Positions 9,669-18,578 are shown, counted from the stretch's first letter. The stretch: DNA of 64,000 bases from Nitrosopumilus sp. (GCA_965224195.1 OZ245040.1:32001-96000), one strand, 5' to 3'. Program-made: numbers and translations. Notes: a model not told the origin generated them from the sequence alone.

Positions 9669-11180
9669 CTATCCTCCTAAATTTTGTTTAGTCTTTTTTC
9701 TTTCTTTGAGGTCTTTTACAATTTCACCAAGATCTTCTCTCCATTCTTCAGAGAGAATTTTGTTTATTGTTTTGTAAATTTTAGAATGCTGAGTCATTCC
9801 TTGAGCATCATACTCTGCATTAAGTAATTTTGATACCAATAATTGAGGGACTTCATTTTTAGTGCAAATGTCTTCAAGAATTTCTTGTTCATCAGAGCCA
9901 AATCCGTTCATATCTTCTTGGGGAGGAATAATTTCTTCTCCAAAAACTTTTTTGTAAATCTGATATACTGAATTCCTCCAATCACCTCGCTCCATACGCC
10001 AAATTCGTTGAATTTCATGCAATTCTGACTCTAAAATTAACTCTATGTGAGGGTCAGGACCATTTTGTCGTACCTTTTTTTGTCCTCGTAATAGTTTCTC
10101 TAAAAATTCTTTACAAAACTCCATTGTATATGGACCTGGAATTAAAACAGAGTATGGGTCAGTGCTTTTTAATCGTTCAGTGATACTAGATCTTTTTCTA
10201 GATTCCTGAATATTTTCCTCAAATGCCTTTTTTTTAATTTCATCGACTAGTTTCATTTGTCCAGATCTACGTTTGAGTTCTCGAACCTCCCTTCTTTTTT
10301 CGGGGTCTTGGGTCTCTTTGAGTTCTGCTCTCAATTCTAGTAATGGCTCCATCCATTCAGCACCATTTTCAATTGAATTTTTCATTGAAACGTCTTCAGC
10401 CACTACAGTGCACACCCAGCATCCAAATCTAGAATTTCCACATGAAGGAGTACTAGTGTCAACTACCAAAGGACATTCTGAAGAAGAAGTTGCATTTTGA
10501 TATAACGAAAGTAAATCTCTATTGTTTGCACCCCATGGATTTTTGTTTTGTAAAAGATAATTCCAAACATCCTCTGTGATAAAATCACGTAATGGTGTGT
10601 AAACATATGTTTGAGGAAATTTAGAATGTCTAGATAACAAACTTCCTTCAATTTCATATAGATTCATTAATTGATTTCTTGAACCACTTTCATCTTTTCT
10701 TGTACCTAAAATTACAATTGCTTCACCATATTGAGAAACTTTTTCTTGAATAAATCTATCGGCATTTTTAATTTTTAATCTATCAGTGCACCATCTAAAG
10801 AGATTAGAAGGAGCTGGAAATCCTTTTCCTAAAAGACATACCCAAAAACTATCTTCAATTTTTGGCCTTACAAGATTTGTAGATATTGGGAGATGTGATT
10901 TTTGTGCTGCCTTTTCCATAGTATCAAGAGAAGTAGTAATTTGGTCAATTACTGTAGGAGATTCTACCAAAGTATCTGAAGATATAATGTAAATTTTCTT
11001 GTGTAATTTCTCAGCAGGTAATTCTGATAATGCATTCCAAATCAGTTGGGTCATACATGTAGAGTCTTTTCCTCCACTAAATCCGATAATCCAAGGCCTA
11101 TTATCATTCAGATATACCTCCCTGATTTCAGCAAGAATATCTTTGAGTGTACGTGATTTGAAGACAGATTTTGCAGTCAT
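9669..11180 (-). CDS. dndC: DNA phosphorothioation sulfurtransferase DndC (PAPS-reductase family)
   Basis: PWIIGFSGGKDS, RWCTDRLKI, ECPLVVD, CGNSRFGCWVCTVV. Likely ATG at 11180. Confidence 0.95.
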   Translation of the reverse strand: MTAKSVFKSRTLKDILAEIREVYLNDNRPWIIGFSGGKDSTCMTQLIWNALSELPAEKLHKKIYIISSDTLVESPTVIDQITTSLDTMEKAAQKSHLPISTNLVRPKIEDSFWVCLLGKGFPAPSNLFRWCTDRLKIKNADRFIQEKVSQYGEAIVILGTRKDESGSRNQLMNLYEIEGSLLSRHSKFPQTYVYTPLRDFITEDVWNYLLQNKNPWGANNRDLLSLYQNATSSSECPLVVDTSTPSCGNSRFGCWVCTVVAEDVSMKNSIENGAEWMEPLLELRAELKETQDPEKRREVRELKRRSGQMKLVDEIKKKAFEENIQESRKRSSITERLKSTDPYSVLIPGPYTMEFCKEFLEKLLRGQKKVRQNGPDPHIELILESELHEIQRIWRMERGDWRNSVYQIYKKVFGEEIIPPQEDMNGFGSDEQEILEDICTKNEVPQLLVSKLLNAEYDAQGMTQHSKIYKTINKILSEEWREDLGEIVKDLKERKKTKQNLGG

Positions 11181-11181
11181 T

Positions 11182-12276
11182 CTATTTCCCTTCAAATTCA
11201 TTCAATGTCATGTTTAATCCGCAATGCTGAAGAATTTCATTTGCAGCCTGTTTAATTCCCAGTCTAGTTTTTGTCATTCTGCCATCATTCATAATTTTGC
11301 CTTCCCAAATAGGACTGGACTTTTGCCAATCTATTTTTTGTAAACCTTTTAGTTTTTCTTTCCAATTATCAGGAAATTCAGTAATTAAGGCATACCCTAC
11401 TATCCCTAATGCATTGAGAATATTTGTACGAGCGTGAACATAGTTTGTTCTTAATTCAGATGGTGAGACTTTTTTCTGAATTAAAAGATTCCATTCGGGA
11501 ATATTTTTTGACACAGTATCCCAATAGTCAACTGCAAGTTTTTGTTTTTCTGCTGCAATTGATTTTGTTTTTAATTTTAAAAGATATTTTGTTGCATCAG
11601 CAATTCCATTTAATGTGAAAAATTTTGTAGAACGATTTGAGATATTAGTTTTTTCCATTTCTGTTCTACCATGGAAAACATCTACATCATTTGCTAGTAT
11701 AACAATAAATCTTGCAAAAGTATCACGATGATCATATAAAATTCCTAAAGATTTGGTTGGCTTTACTGCATGTTTATTCAAATCTGAAAACATTTGTTGA
11801 CTACGTTTAAGTCCTTTATCCTCAAATATTACAACAGAGACTTTTTCATTTCCTAAAGAGGGATTTTGTTCATATGCATATTTTATTGCAGCACACCTAT
11901 GCTGACCATCATTAATTAGAATTGGAGCATCAATTGGAATGATTATTTTCCCCAATCTTCCATCTTCTCCTTGGCCAGGGCCTGGATTAAATCCAACTTT
12001 ACCTCCAACAGACACAGTAATTGATGAAAAAATGTAATCCTTAGGATTATTCAGAATATAATTTCCCATTACAGGAATTCTAGATTCTCGAAGAATTCTT
12101 TGGGCTTTTAGAGTAGCTGGGATTTGAGGATCATCGTTGAATTTGAAATGATTGTAAATTGTAGCAAAGGAGCACATTGCATTATAAAACTCTCGTCCTG
12201 CTTGTCGGCCTCTAACTGCTTCAAAAAAGATTGTGCCGCTATCTTGGTCTACTTCACTTGGAGCAATAGTACTCAT
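11182..12276 (-). CDS. dndB: DNA sulfur modification protein DndB (DGQHR-domain regulator)
   Basis: AVRGRQAGREFY, AQRIL, DGQHR, QQMFSDLN, LYDHRD; first gene of the dnd cluster. Confidence 0.93.
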   Translation of the reverse strand: MSTIAPSEVDQDSGTIFFEAVRGRQAGREFYNAMCSFATIYNHFKFNDDPQIPATLKAQRILRESRIPVMGNYILNNPKDYIFSSITVSVGGKVGFNPGPGQGEDGRLGKIIIPIDAPILINDGQHRCAAIKYAYEQNPSLGNEKVSVVIFEDKGLKRSQQMFSDLNKHAVKPTKSLGILYDHRDTFARFIVILANDVDVFHGRTEMEKTNISNRSTKFFTLNGIADATKYLLKLKTKSIAAEKQKLAVDYWDTVSKNIPEWNLLIQKKVSPSELRTNYVHARTNILNALGIVGYALITEFPDNWKEKLKGLQKIDWQKSSPIWEGKIMNDGRMTKTRLGIKQAANEILQHCGLNMTLNEFEGK

Positions 12277-12281
12277 CAAAT

Positions 12282-12324
12282 AGTATTATTTGGAAGCATG
12301 TTATAATACTTTTGGAATCATGTT
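12282..12324 (-). promoter_or_regulatory. dndB promoter with TATA box and candidate operator repeats
   Basis: TTATAA at 12301-12306, about 25-30 nt upstream of the ATG. Direct repeats tttggaagcatgtt (12289-12302) and tttggaatcatgtt (12311-12324) are 22 bp apart. Inverted pair agtatta/taatact at 12282-12288 and 12304-12310. Confidence 0.55.
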
Positions 12325-12351
12325 CTAATTTAGGCATGAATTATAGCCTTT

Positions 12352-12513
12352 TTAGAGTTTTGCTAACTTTTTGATATCTGCAGGTGTCAATTCTAAAGTC
12401 ATTTTTGCAGTATCTGGATGCTTTACATTTTCTCCCTTGTGGAAGAATTTAACGACAATTTTACCGCCTGTTTTTTTTGCTTCATACGGATATCCACCAA
12501 TTGTATCTCTCAT
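12352..12513 (-). CDS. Small hypothetical protein (53 aa) upstream of dndB
   Basis: Read by hand: MRDTIGGYPYEAKKTGGKIVVKFFHKGENVKHPDTAKMTLELTPADIKKLAKL; too short for the ORF track. Confidence 0.6.
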   Translation of the reverse strand: MRDTIGGYPYEAKKTGGKIVVKFFHKGENVKHPDTAKMTLELTPADIKKLAKL

Positions 12514-12563
12514 AGCAGGATTAGAAAATTAATTGTTTATAGAGTTATTGAATGCTCTGCTGT

Positions 12564-12776
12564 TTAGAAAAATTCATTTACCAATACAATGAACTTTTTC
12601 TCAGACAGTAATTTTCTTTTCTGCTGTGATTTTTCCCAATCATACTTTGGATTAAGAACCATTTCCAACTGTCCTGCATACTTTTTCCGAGTAGATTTGT
12701 CTCTGATTGCAGTGGTGTAGTTTTCAAAGGGGGAAATGTCTGAAAATTCATCCAGAGGGGAATCTTGCTTGCTCAT
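12564..12776 (-). pseudogene. Truncated N-terminus of a probable thaumarchaeal tyrosine integrase
   Basis: GAGGTGA SD before the ATG at 12776. SPFENYTTAIRDKSTRKKYAGQL resembles integrase N-termini of Nitrosopumilus elements. Ends after 70 aa with no catalytic domain and sits beside the att-like sequence. Confidence 0.5.
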
Positions 12777-12823
12777 TGTATCACCTCTATAATCATGGAC
12801 CAGATAAAGGATCAAGTAGGGCA

Positions 12824-12840
12824 TGGGCCAGAAGGGCTTC
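12824..12840 (-). mobile_element. att-like tRNA 3'-end fragment
   Basis: The minus strand reads GAAGCCCTTCTGGCCCA: end of T-loop, 5-nt T-stem strand, 7-nt acceptor strand and discriminator A. It is a GC-rich patch at the island edge with no tRNA 5' half. Confidence 0.6.
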
Positions 12841-12867
12841 AATTAATAAAATAAAAAAATAAAAAAA

Positions 12868-14529
12868 TTAGTTAGCAGGAACTACTAGTCCTCTATCTAT
12901 CATCTTAAGTGCTGTATCTGCTTTAAGGCACATTGCAACACCGTTTGATGCTTTCATTACCAGGCTAAATCCTTCACGACATTCTACATCTCCAGCATCA
13001 ATGCCGGCAGTCATTTGTGTGCGTGGGGAAATCCATGCTAATTGCATGTCTTTTGCCTTTTCAATGAATTCTGCTCCAAGTTCCTGTTTTTCCTCGTCGG
13101 TCATTTCAGATGCTCTATCACGGAGTTCTGCCTTGAAGGCTTTCATCTCAGCTAGTCTATCATGAATTGAAGATTTTCGCTCATCAGAGATATTCATTCT
13201 CATATTTTTCATATGATCTTTGAATTTCATTTTGAGTTCAGACTTTTTCTCGTCAGTCAGATCACCATGTTTCTCAATGTACTTCATCTTGATTTCTTCT
13301 CTACGCTCATCAGAAATGTCATGTTTGTCCATGATCATTGCCTTGATACGGTCAGATTTGTCAGATAATTTCATTTTCATTTTGTCTTTTGCTGCATCAG
13401 ACATTTTGTCATGAGCTTTGTCTTTCATGGCATCATGATGTTTCATCTTATAGTCTTCTCTTTCTTCAGCGCTCATATCACACCATTTAGAAAGTCTGTC
13501 AAGTTTTTCTGAATCATCAATTTCTGCTGCACGTTCAGAATCTGCTAATGCACATAGTCTATCATAATCCATATGTGGTTTATCATGGGCTTTGTCCATC
13601 ATGCGGTCCTTCATGTGAGCTTTCATGTGTGTTCTGAATTCATCAATGTGTTCATCAATGAATTCTGCTCTGTCTGATTCATCCAAAGTACAATATCTAT
13701 CTGCTTTGGCTACCATCCCATCGGTTTTACCATATTTTTCAGCAGCTGCACTTTTGTCTTCATCAGTCATTTCACACCATGAAGCAAGTTTTTCTCTAAA
13801 AGCATCTACTGTTAGATGATCTTTGATATGATCTTTGACTTTGTCTTTCATGTGAGCTTTGAATTCGTCTCTGTGTTCAGCGATAAAGTCTGCTCTGTCT
13901 GATTCATCCAAAGTACAATATCTATCTGCAAAGGCCATTCCATCGGTTGTACCATATTGTTCAGCAGCTGCACTTTTGTCTTCATCAGTCATTTCACACC
14001 ATGAAGAAAGTTTTTCTCCAAAGTCTCTGTCGACATCTCCATCATGATTTGCATCTCTGATGTAATCTTTGACGTGGTCTTTGATATTTTCTCTGTCTTC
14101 ATCTGTTACATGAATTCTGATGAAATCTTTTAGCTTGCTATCTCTTGTATAGTCAGACAAATCACAATAATTTGCTAGTCTATCTGAGAATTGCGCAAGT
14201 CTTGGATGGTTCTCAAAGAATTGTCTTGTTTCTTCATCAGACATGTCACAGAAATGTGCTAGTCTGTCATCAAGATTGTAATGTCTACCATCTCGGGCAT
14301 AATCACTATCCTCATCGGTTTCTTCATCAGTTTCGTCGTTTGTTGCATCGTCGACTTTATCTTCCATCTCTGCCTCAATTTCATCGACTTCGTCTTCAAT
14401 TTCAGTTTCAATTTCATCTTCGATTGAGGTATCATCTACATCATCAGTTTGTGCAAATGCAGAACCTGCAGATACTCCAAACACCATGATTAGTGATAAA
14501 ACAACACTTAGAAGTTGTGTACTCTTCAT
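12868..14529 (-). CDS. Secreted Asp/Lys/His/Met-rich repeat protein with paired Cys repeats and a C-terminal thaumarchaeal 'SPxxQ...C...C...RG' domain
   Basis: Signal peptide (AFA), acidic linker, repeated WCEMTDEDKS...YCTLDESDRA units, C-terminal ISPRTQM...CREGFSLVMKASNGVAMC...IDRG. Confidence 0.8.
   Translation of the reverse strand: MKSTQLLSVVLSLIMVFGVSAGSAFAQTDDVDDTSIEDEIETEIEDEVDEIEAEMEDKVDDATNDETDEETDEDSDYARDGRHYNLDDRLAHFCDMSDEETRQFFENHPRLAQFSDRLANYCDLSDYTRDSKLKDFIRIHVTDEDRENIKDHVKDYIRDANHDGDVDRDFGEKLSSWCEMTDEDKSAAAEQYGTTDGMAFADRYCTLDESDRADFIAEHRDEFKAHMKDKVKDHIKDHLTVDAFREKLASWCEMTDEDKSAAAEKYGKTDGMVAKADRYCTLDESDRAEFIDEHIDEFRTHMKAHMKDRMMDKAHDKPHMDYDRLCALADSERAAEIDDSEKLDRLSKWCDMSAEEREDYKMKHHDAMKDKAHDKMSDAAKDKMKMKLSDKSDRIKAMIMDKHDISDERREEIKMKYIEKHGDLTDEKKSELKMKFKDHMKNMRMNISDERKSSIHDRLAEMKAFKAELRDRASEMTDEEKQELGAEFIEKAKDMQLAWISPRTQMTAGIDAGDVECREGFSLVMKASNGVAMCLKADTALKMIDRGLVVPAN
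13660..14010. repeat. Intragenic duplication, period about 225 bp (75 aa)
   Basis: tctgctctgtctgattcatccaaagtacaatatctatctgc occurs near 13664 and near 13889, and the flanking sequence is also duplicated. Confidence 0.85.
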
Positions 14530-14679
14530 TGTGATTTTTCAATGTTTTTGAATATAAAGTGTATCGTAGTATAGCAGCGGATCTTTTATTACAAATGAGA
14601 CATTTTTAGCCTATTTTATGCCTACAGTCATGAATCATTTCTACTTTTCTTTTAGATACAATAATTTGAAAATTTTCAT

Positions 14680-14964
14680 GTGACTATACAGCACGACAAA
14701 AAGTCTGTAGGCCTGACAGTTGTTATGGCCATGATTATCGGAATGGCACTGGGGTTTACCGATTTGTCTGATGGTAATCCTGCAGACACACTAGTTCACG
14801 AGTTCGGAGATCTTTTAGACGGTGTTGAAGCAGAAATTCTATCAATTCCAAATGATACAGAACCAACTGTTAACACACCAAACACAATGCAAACAGAGCA
14901 AATCAATTCTCAAATTGCATATCTAAAAGCCTTTGATGAAATCATCAAGTCACAAATTCTCTAA
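14680..14964 (+). CDS. Hypothetical membrane-anchored protein
   Basis: 94-aa ORF with an N-terminal hydrophobic helix. Confidence 0.55.
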   Translation: MTIQHDKKSVGLTVVMAMIIGMALGFTDLSDGNPADTLVHEFGDLLDGVEAEILSIPNDTEPTVNTPNTMQTEQINSQIAYLKAFDEIIKSQIL

Positions 14965-15138
14965 GTACTCGATAGTATTCCCTAGTGGATACTAAGCTAA
15001 GAGTACTTGGTTTTACATTAAATTTTTTTGCTCCAGGTACTCTAACCCAATTTTTTTAAATAAAAAAACCAAGAATAGTAAATTATTCAAAGAAAACAAT
15101 CACTAGATTAATGTACTGCAAACATTGAGAATTTATTC

Positions 15139-15774
15139 ATGACACTGAACATTATTTCTGAATTATTAAAAAAACCAAACGTTGCATTTGAAAAAATTTC
15201 TCAAAATCCACAATATTTTAGACTGGCTTTTGTGGTGTTTTCAATATCTATTTTTATCTCATCATTTCAGCATGTATCTACATTAATTTTTTATTCTCCA
15301 CAGGATGCTGATGCTCTAAACATTGCATATAAGATAATAGATTTTGGAGGAACTATTTTGAGTCATATGCTGATGATTGTCATTATCTTTTATGTTGGAA
15401 AAATAGTAAAGGGTAACACCAATTTTAAACAAATATTTTCAGTTTTATCATTTTGTCTAATTCCAATCATGTTTGGAGCAGTAATAATAGCATCAGGGAA
15501 TTTACTTTTGACTTATTCAATGTCTGAATCTAAAGATGACTTGTCTCCATCATATGCATTAGACTTTATCGTATCTCCAATTGTATTGTTACAGTTTATT
15601 CTATTGCCTTTTGGCATTTGGTCTCTAATACTATACATCAAAGCCATCAAAATTACAGATTGTTTTTCCACTCTACAGGCAGTAACTCTGGTGATATTTA
15701 CAATAATTCTAGTACAATTAACAGGTGAGCTGTATAGTATTGGCACAAGTGTTCCTCTTCAATTATTGTCGTAA
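15139..15774 (+). CDS. Yip1-family membrane protein
   Basis: LLKKPNVAFEKI N-terminus, GKIVKGNTNFKQIF, IWSLILYIKAIK; five TM segments. Confidence 0.75.
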   Translation: MTLNIISELLKKPNVAFEKISQNPQYFRLAFVVFSISIFISSFQHVSTLIFYSPQDADALNIAYKIIDFGGTILSHMLMIVIIFYVGKIVKGNTNFKQIFSVLSFCLIPIMFGAVIIASGNLLLTYSMSESKDDLSPSYALDFIVSPIVLLQFILLPFGIWSLILYIKAIKITDCFSTLQAVTLVIFTIILVQLTGELYSIGTSVPLQLLS

Positions 15775-15807
15775 TACCATTTTAGATTAAAAAAAGAAAA
15801 ACCAAGA

Positions 15808-16128
15808 CTAGTTCAATGAACTATCTATCATGGTTTGAAATGATTCTTTTGTAAAAGCTCCCACTTTTTAAGAAACAATCTCACCATTTTTGAAAATAGC
15901 AAGTGTAGGAATACTAAAGACATTGTATTTTTGTGCAAGCTCACAGTTTTCATCAACGTTAATCTTGACAAAATTTACTTTGCTATCATATTCAGCAGAG
16001 AGCTCCTCGACAACAGGCGATACGGCCCTACATGGACCACACCACTCTGCCCAAAAGTCTACAAAGACTGGATTGGCAGAGTTTAGAACCTCTTGTTCAA
16101 ATTGCTGTGAATTTTTTATTTTGTTCAC
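15808..16128 (-). pseudogene. Thioredoxin with a nonsense mutation
   Basis: WCGPC active site. An in-frame TAA at 15868-15870 is followed by KVGAFTKESFQTMIDSSLN, matching QQVGAASKESYQGMIDRALE in the paralogue at 41175. Confidence 0.85.
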
Positions 16129-16144
16129 TATAATTTTTTACACC

Positions 16145-16488
16145 TCAGATTTTCCTCACAATTATTATTTGAGAATCGCTTTGAGCTTGGAATCTAATAT
16201 CATTACCACGAATTAAATCACCGTTAGTAACTTTTTTTCCATTTAGAGTCCCACTACCTAGAGTAACATACGCAATGAATTCTCCATCAAATGATATAGT
16301 TTGTTTTGCATCAATTAATCCAACATCAAGTGTTGTTTTACTAGCAAATGTTTTATCTTGATTCTCATCTCCACCATAAACACGAGTTATTCCTTGCTGT
16401 AAAGAATACAATTTGTATCCTGCAGGTTCTACTTGTTTTTCAGGTGTGACCCAAATCTGAATTATTCTGTTTTCTTTATTATCAGGAT
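16145..16488 (-). pseudogene. Pirin-family protein, C-terminal half (split by an insertion)
   Basis: PDNKENRIIQIWVTPEKQVEPAGYKLY... continues the N-terminal half ending HNEVNP at 17585. Confidence 0.85.
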
Positions 16489-16522
16489 CAATTTATAATC
16501 TAAGGTTTAAATTTCTATTATA

Positions 16523-17128
16523 GTGAAAATCAAAGAAAGGTATCTTGTAATGGCTACAATCATAATACCTATATTGTTTGGTATTGGGTTATTTTCTGAA
16601 AAAATATTTAGTATTGAATTTATCGCTGAAAATATACAAAGTGAAACTAATACAATAAATACGATGAAATTAGAATCTGAAAATCAACAGCTAAAATCAA
16701 ATATACAAAATCTAAAACAAGATCATAATTTCAAAATAACAAATCTAGAGAAAACTATCAAGAAACTTGAAACAAAACAACCCAAATCACAGCAACCTAA
16801 CACAGAGCTGGAAAATGAAATAGATAGAATGGATGATATAATTTCTGATTTGAAACGTGAAAATCAACAACTAAAATCAAACAACAACAATTCAAAAGAA
16901 AAACCAACTAATCCAAGTGAAATTAAAAAATTAGATGCTAAAATTAAACAATTACAAAAAGAACTAGATAAAGAAAAGAGCAAAAAAATTAATAGAGATA
17001 GAACCGAAAAAGAGGATAGATTAGAAGGGGATTTAAACAAAGCACTAAAAGAGATTACAGATTTAAAAAATGAGAATAAAAAACTGAAAGACGAAAAGAA
17101 GAAACTAAAGGATTCTATGAAAAAATGA
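16523..17128 (+). CDS. Membrane-anchored coiled-coil protein (inside the insert)
   Basis: N-terminal TM helix, then K/E/N-rich heptads with ENQQLKSN repeated. Confidence 0.7.
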   Translation: MKIKERYLVMATIIIPILFGIGLFSEKIFSIEFIAENIQSETNTINTMKLESENQQLKSNIQNLKQDHNFKITNLEKTIKKLETKQPKSQQPNTELENEIDRMDDIISDLKRENQQLKSNNNNSKEKPTNPSEIKKLDAKIKQLQKELDKEKSKKINRDRTEKEDRLEGDLNKALKEITDLKNENKKLKDEKKKLKDSMKK

Positions 17129-17190
17129 TGTTCATTAATAAAATTATATTGATTTAATCTTCCCTTTTATTTGCATGTGTTGTTATATTT

Positions 17191-17385
17191 ATGGTTGTTA
17201 CGCCTTATGATCTTTATGTTCCATCAAAATCTGATGATTCTCTGACCACTTCTGAATGGCTTGATCATATTAATTTTAAATATTCTAGTCCTGATGATTG
17301 TAAAGATGTGAGAGAAGGTAGTAATTATCCTGAGGTAGTGAAGCGTTGTGAATATATTTATCATCATGCTAGGTATGCTCCATGA
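17191..17385 (+). CDS. Small hypothetical protein (inside the insert); probably frameshifted from an ATG near 17125
   Basis: 64-aa ORF preceded in frame by a hydrophobic stretch (LPLLFACVVIF). Confidence 0.45.
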   Translation: MVVTPYDLYVPSKSDDSLTTSEWLDHINFKYSSPDDCKDVREGSNYPEVVKRCEYIYHHARYAP

Positions 17386-17446
17386 GCCTTCATATTCAAA
17401 CAAAAGCTAAATAGTTCCTTTTAACGTTTAAAAAAAACAATTATCT

Positions 17447-17591
17447 ATGGCAGTATCAGCTTCAGATATCAAATTTTATTTCTCCGGCGGCCTCAACAAC
17501 GCATTAGGGAACGCATCAATCGGCGGCGCCATCTCATCCACAGAAATTCCAGCATATGTAATGGACATCTTGCTTGATCAAGTTTCAGGAT
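17447..17591 (+). pseudogene. N-terminal fragment of a probable tailed-virus structural protein, cut at the insertion junction
   Basis: MAVSASDIKFYFSGGLNNALGNASIGGAISSTEI...LLDQVSG matches, from memory, the 'DIKxYxSGG...NASLGGAISSTE...LFDxVSG' N-terminus of virion proteins. The ORF then reads into antisense pirin. Confidence 0.55.
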
Positions 17592-17925
17592 TCACTTCAT
17601 TGTGTGCAAATCCTTCTCCACCTGCATGTTGAACCTGTACATGATTTGTTTCAAGGGTATTTCCTTCTTGTAATGTTCCTTCATGAGAAACTCGTCCATC
17701 AACAATTACTGAAATTACATCTATTTCCTTGTGAGGATGAAGATGGGTTTCGCCATTTGGGATAAATTTTGCATCAGCTAGATATACAAAATTTCCAATT
17801 CCAGGCCAGGCACCTGAATCATTATTGCCAAATACTGTAGGATCAATGACAAGACGATGTTCACGAATACCTGCAAACCCACCTAGTTTGAGGTCATCTC
17901 GATGTAGAAGCTGTATACTCATCAT
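17585..17925 (-). pseudogene. Pirin-family protein, N-terminal half
   Basis: HPHKEIDVISVIVDGRVSHEG and VQVQHAGGEGFAHNEVNP are pirin cupin metal motifs. Confidence 0.85.
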
Positions 17926-18137
17926 ACAGGCCTCCAATAGGCATCAAATTCGCTATTTTTCATGAAATTTTGCCTTTGATTTACGATAGTGTTACTATAC
18001 ATAGTATAGTTAGTATACTAATCACTATATTAACAGAGTAGTGAAATTATAGATATCAACTTACCATAAGGTTAGTTACTAATTTTCATTAACTATAATG
18101 AAGTAAGTTATAAATACGATTAATTCAAAAACCAAAC

Positions 18138-18578
18138 ATGGCAACAAAAGAGTCAACAAATTGTTCTCAAGCTGAAATGATGAATTGTTCTCAAGCTGAA
18201 ATGATGAAATGCTGTCCAATTGATAATACATTTAAAATTATAGGAAAAAAATTTACTGTTCACATTATTCGTAACATGGCAATAATGGGGCAATCAAGAT
18301 TTAATCAATTGTTAGATAATATTGAAGGTTCAAACCCAAAAACATTATCTGCAAGATTAAAAGAAATGGAAAAAGCGAATATCATAACACGTGCAGTGTA
18401 TGATGAAGTTCCAATCAAAGTTGAATACAAATTAACAAAGAAAGGAGAAGATCTAACAGGAATAATAGGTCAAATGGCAGCTTTTTCAATGAAACATTAT
18501 GCAAAAGAGGTATTCAAAGATGGAAAGCCACGTAAATTAAAACAAGTTTTCAAAAAACCAATGGTTGCTTTAAGTTAA
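18138..18578 (+). CDS. HxlR-family winged-HTH regulator
   Basis: CPIDNTFKIIGKKF, RFNQL, TLSARLKEME, PIKVEYKLTKKG. The N-terminus has a tandem 24-bp duplication (NCSQAEMM x2). Confidence 0.9.
   Translation: MATKESTNCSQAEMMNCSQAEMMKCCPIDNTFKIIGKKFTVHIIRNMAIMGQSRFNQLLDNIEGSNPKTLSARLKEMEKANIITRAVYDEVPIKVEYKLTKKGEDLTGIIGQMAAFSMKHYAKEVFKDGKPRKLKQVFKKPMVALS

Larger units (their letters stand above)
16482..17591 (+). mobile_element. 1,103-bp foreign, virus-like insert flanked by a 7-bp direct repeat TCAGGAT
   Basis: TCAGGAT at 16482-16488 and 17585-17591. Removing the insert and one repeat restores the pirin frame (NEVNPDNKEN). No transposase or integrase inside. Confidence 0.8.

Noticed and set aside
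17447-17765. Plus-strand ORFs overlapping pirin as real full-length genes
   Set aside because: Beyond 17591 they are antisense read-through of pirin; only 17447-17591 belongs to the insert.
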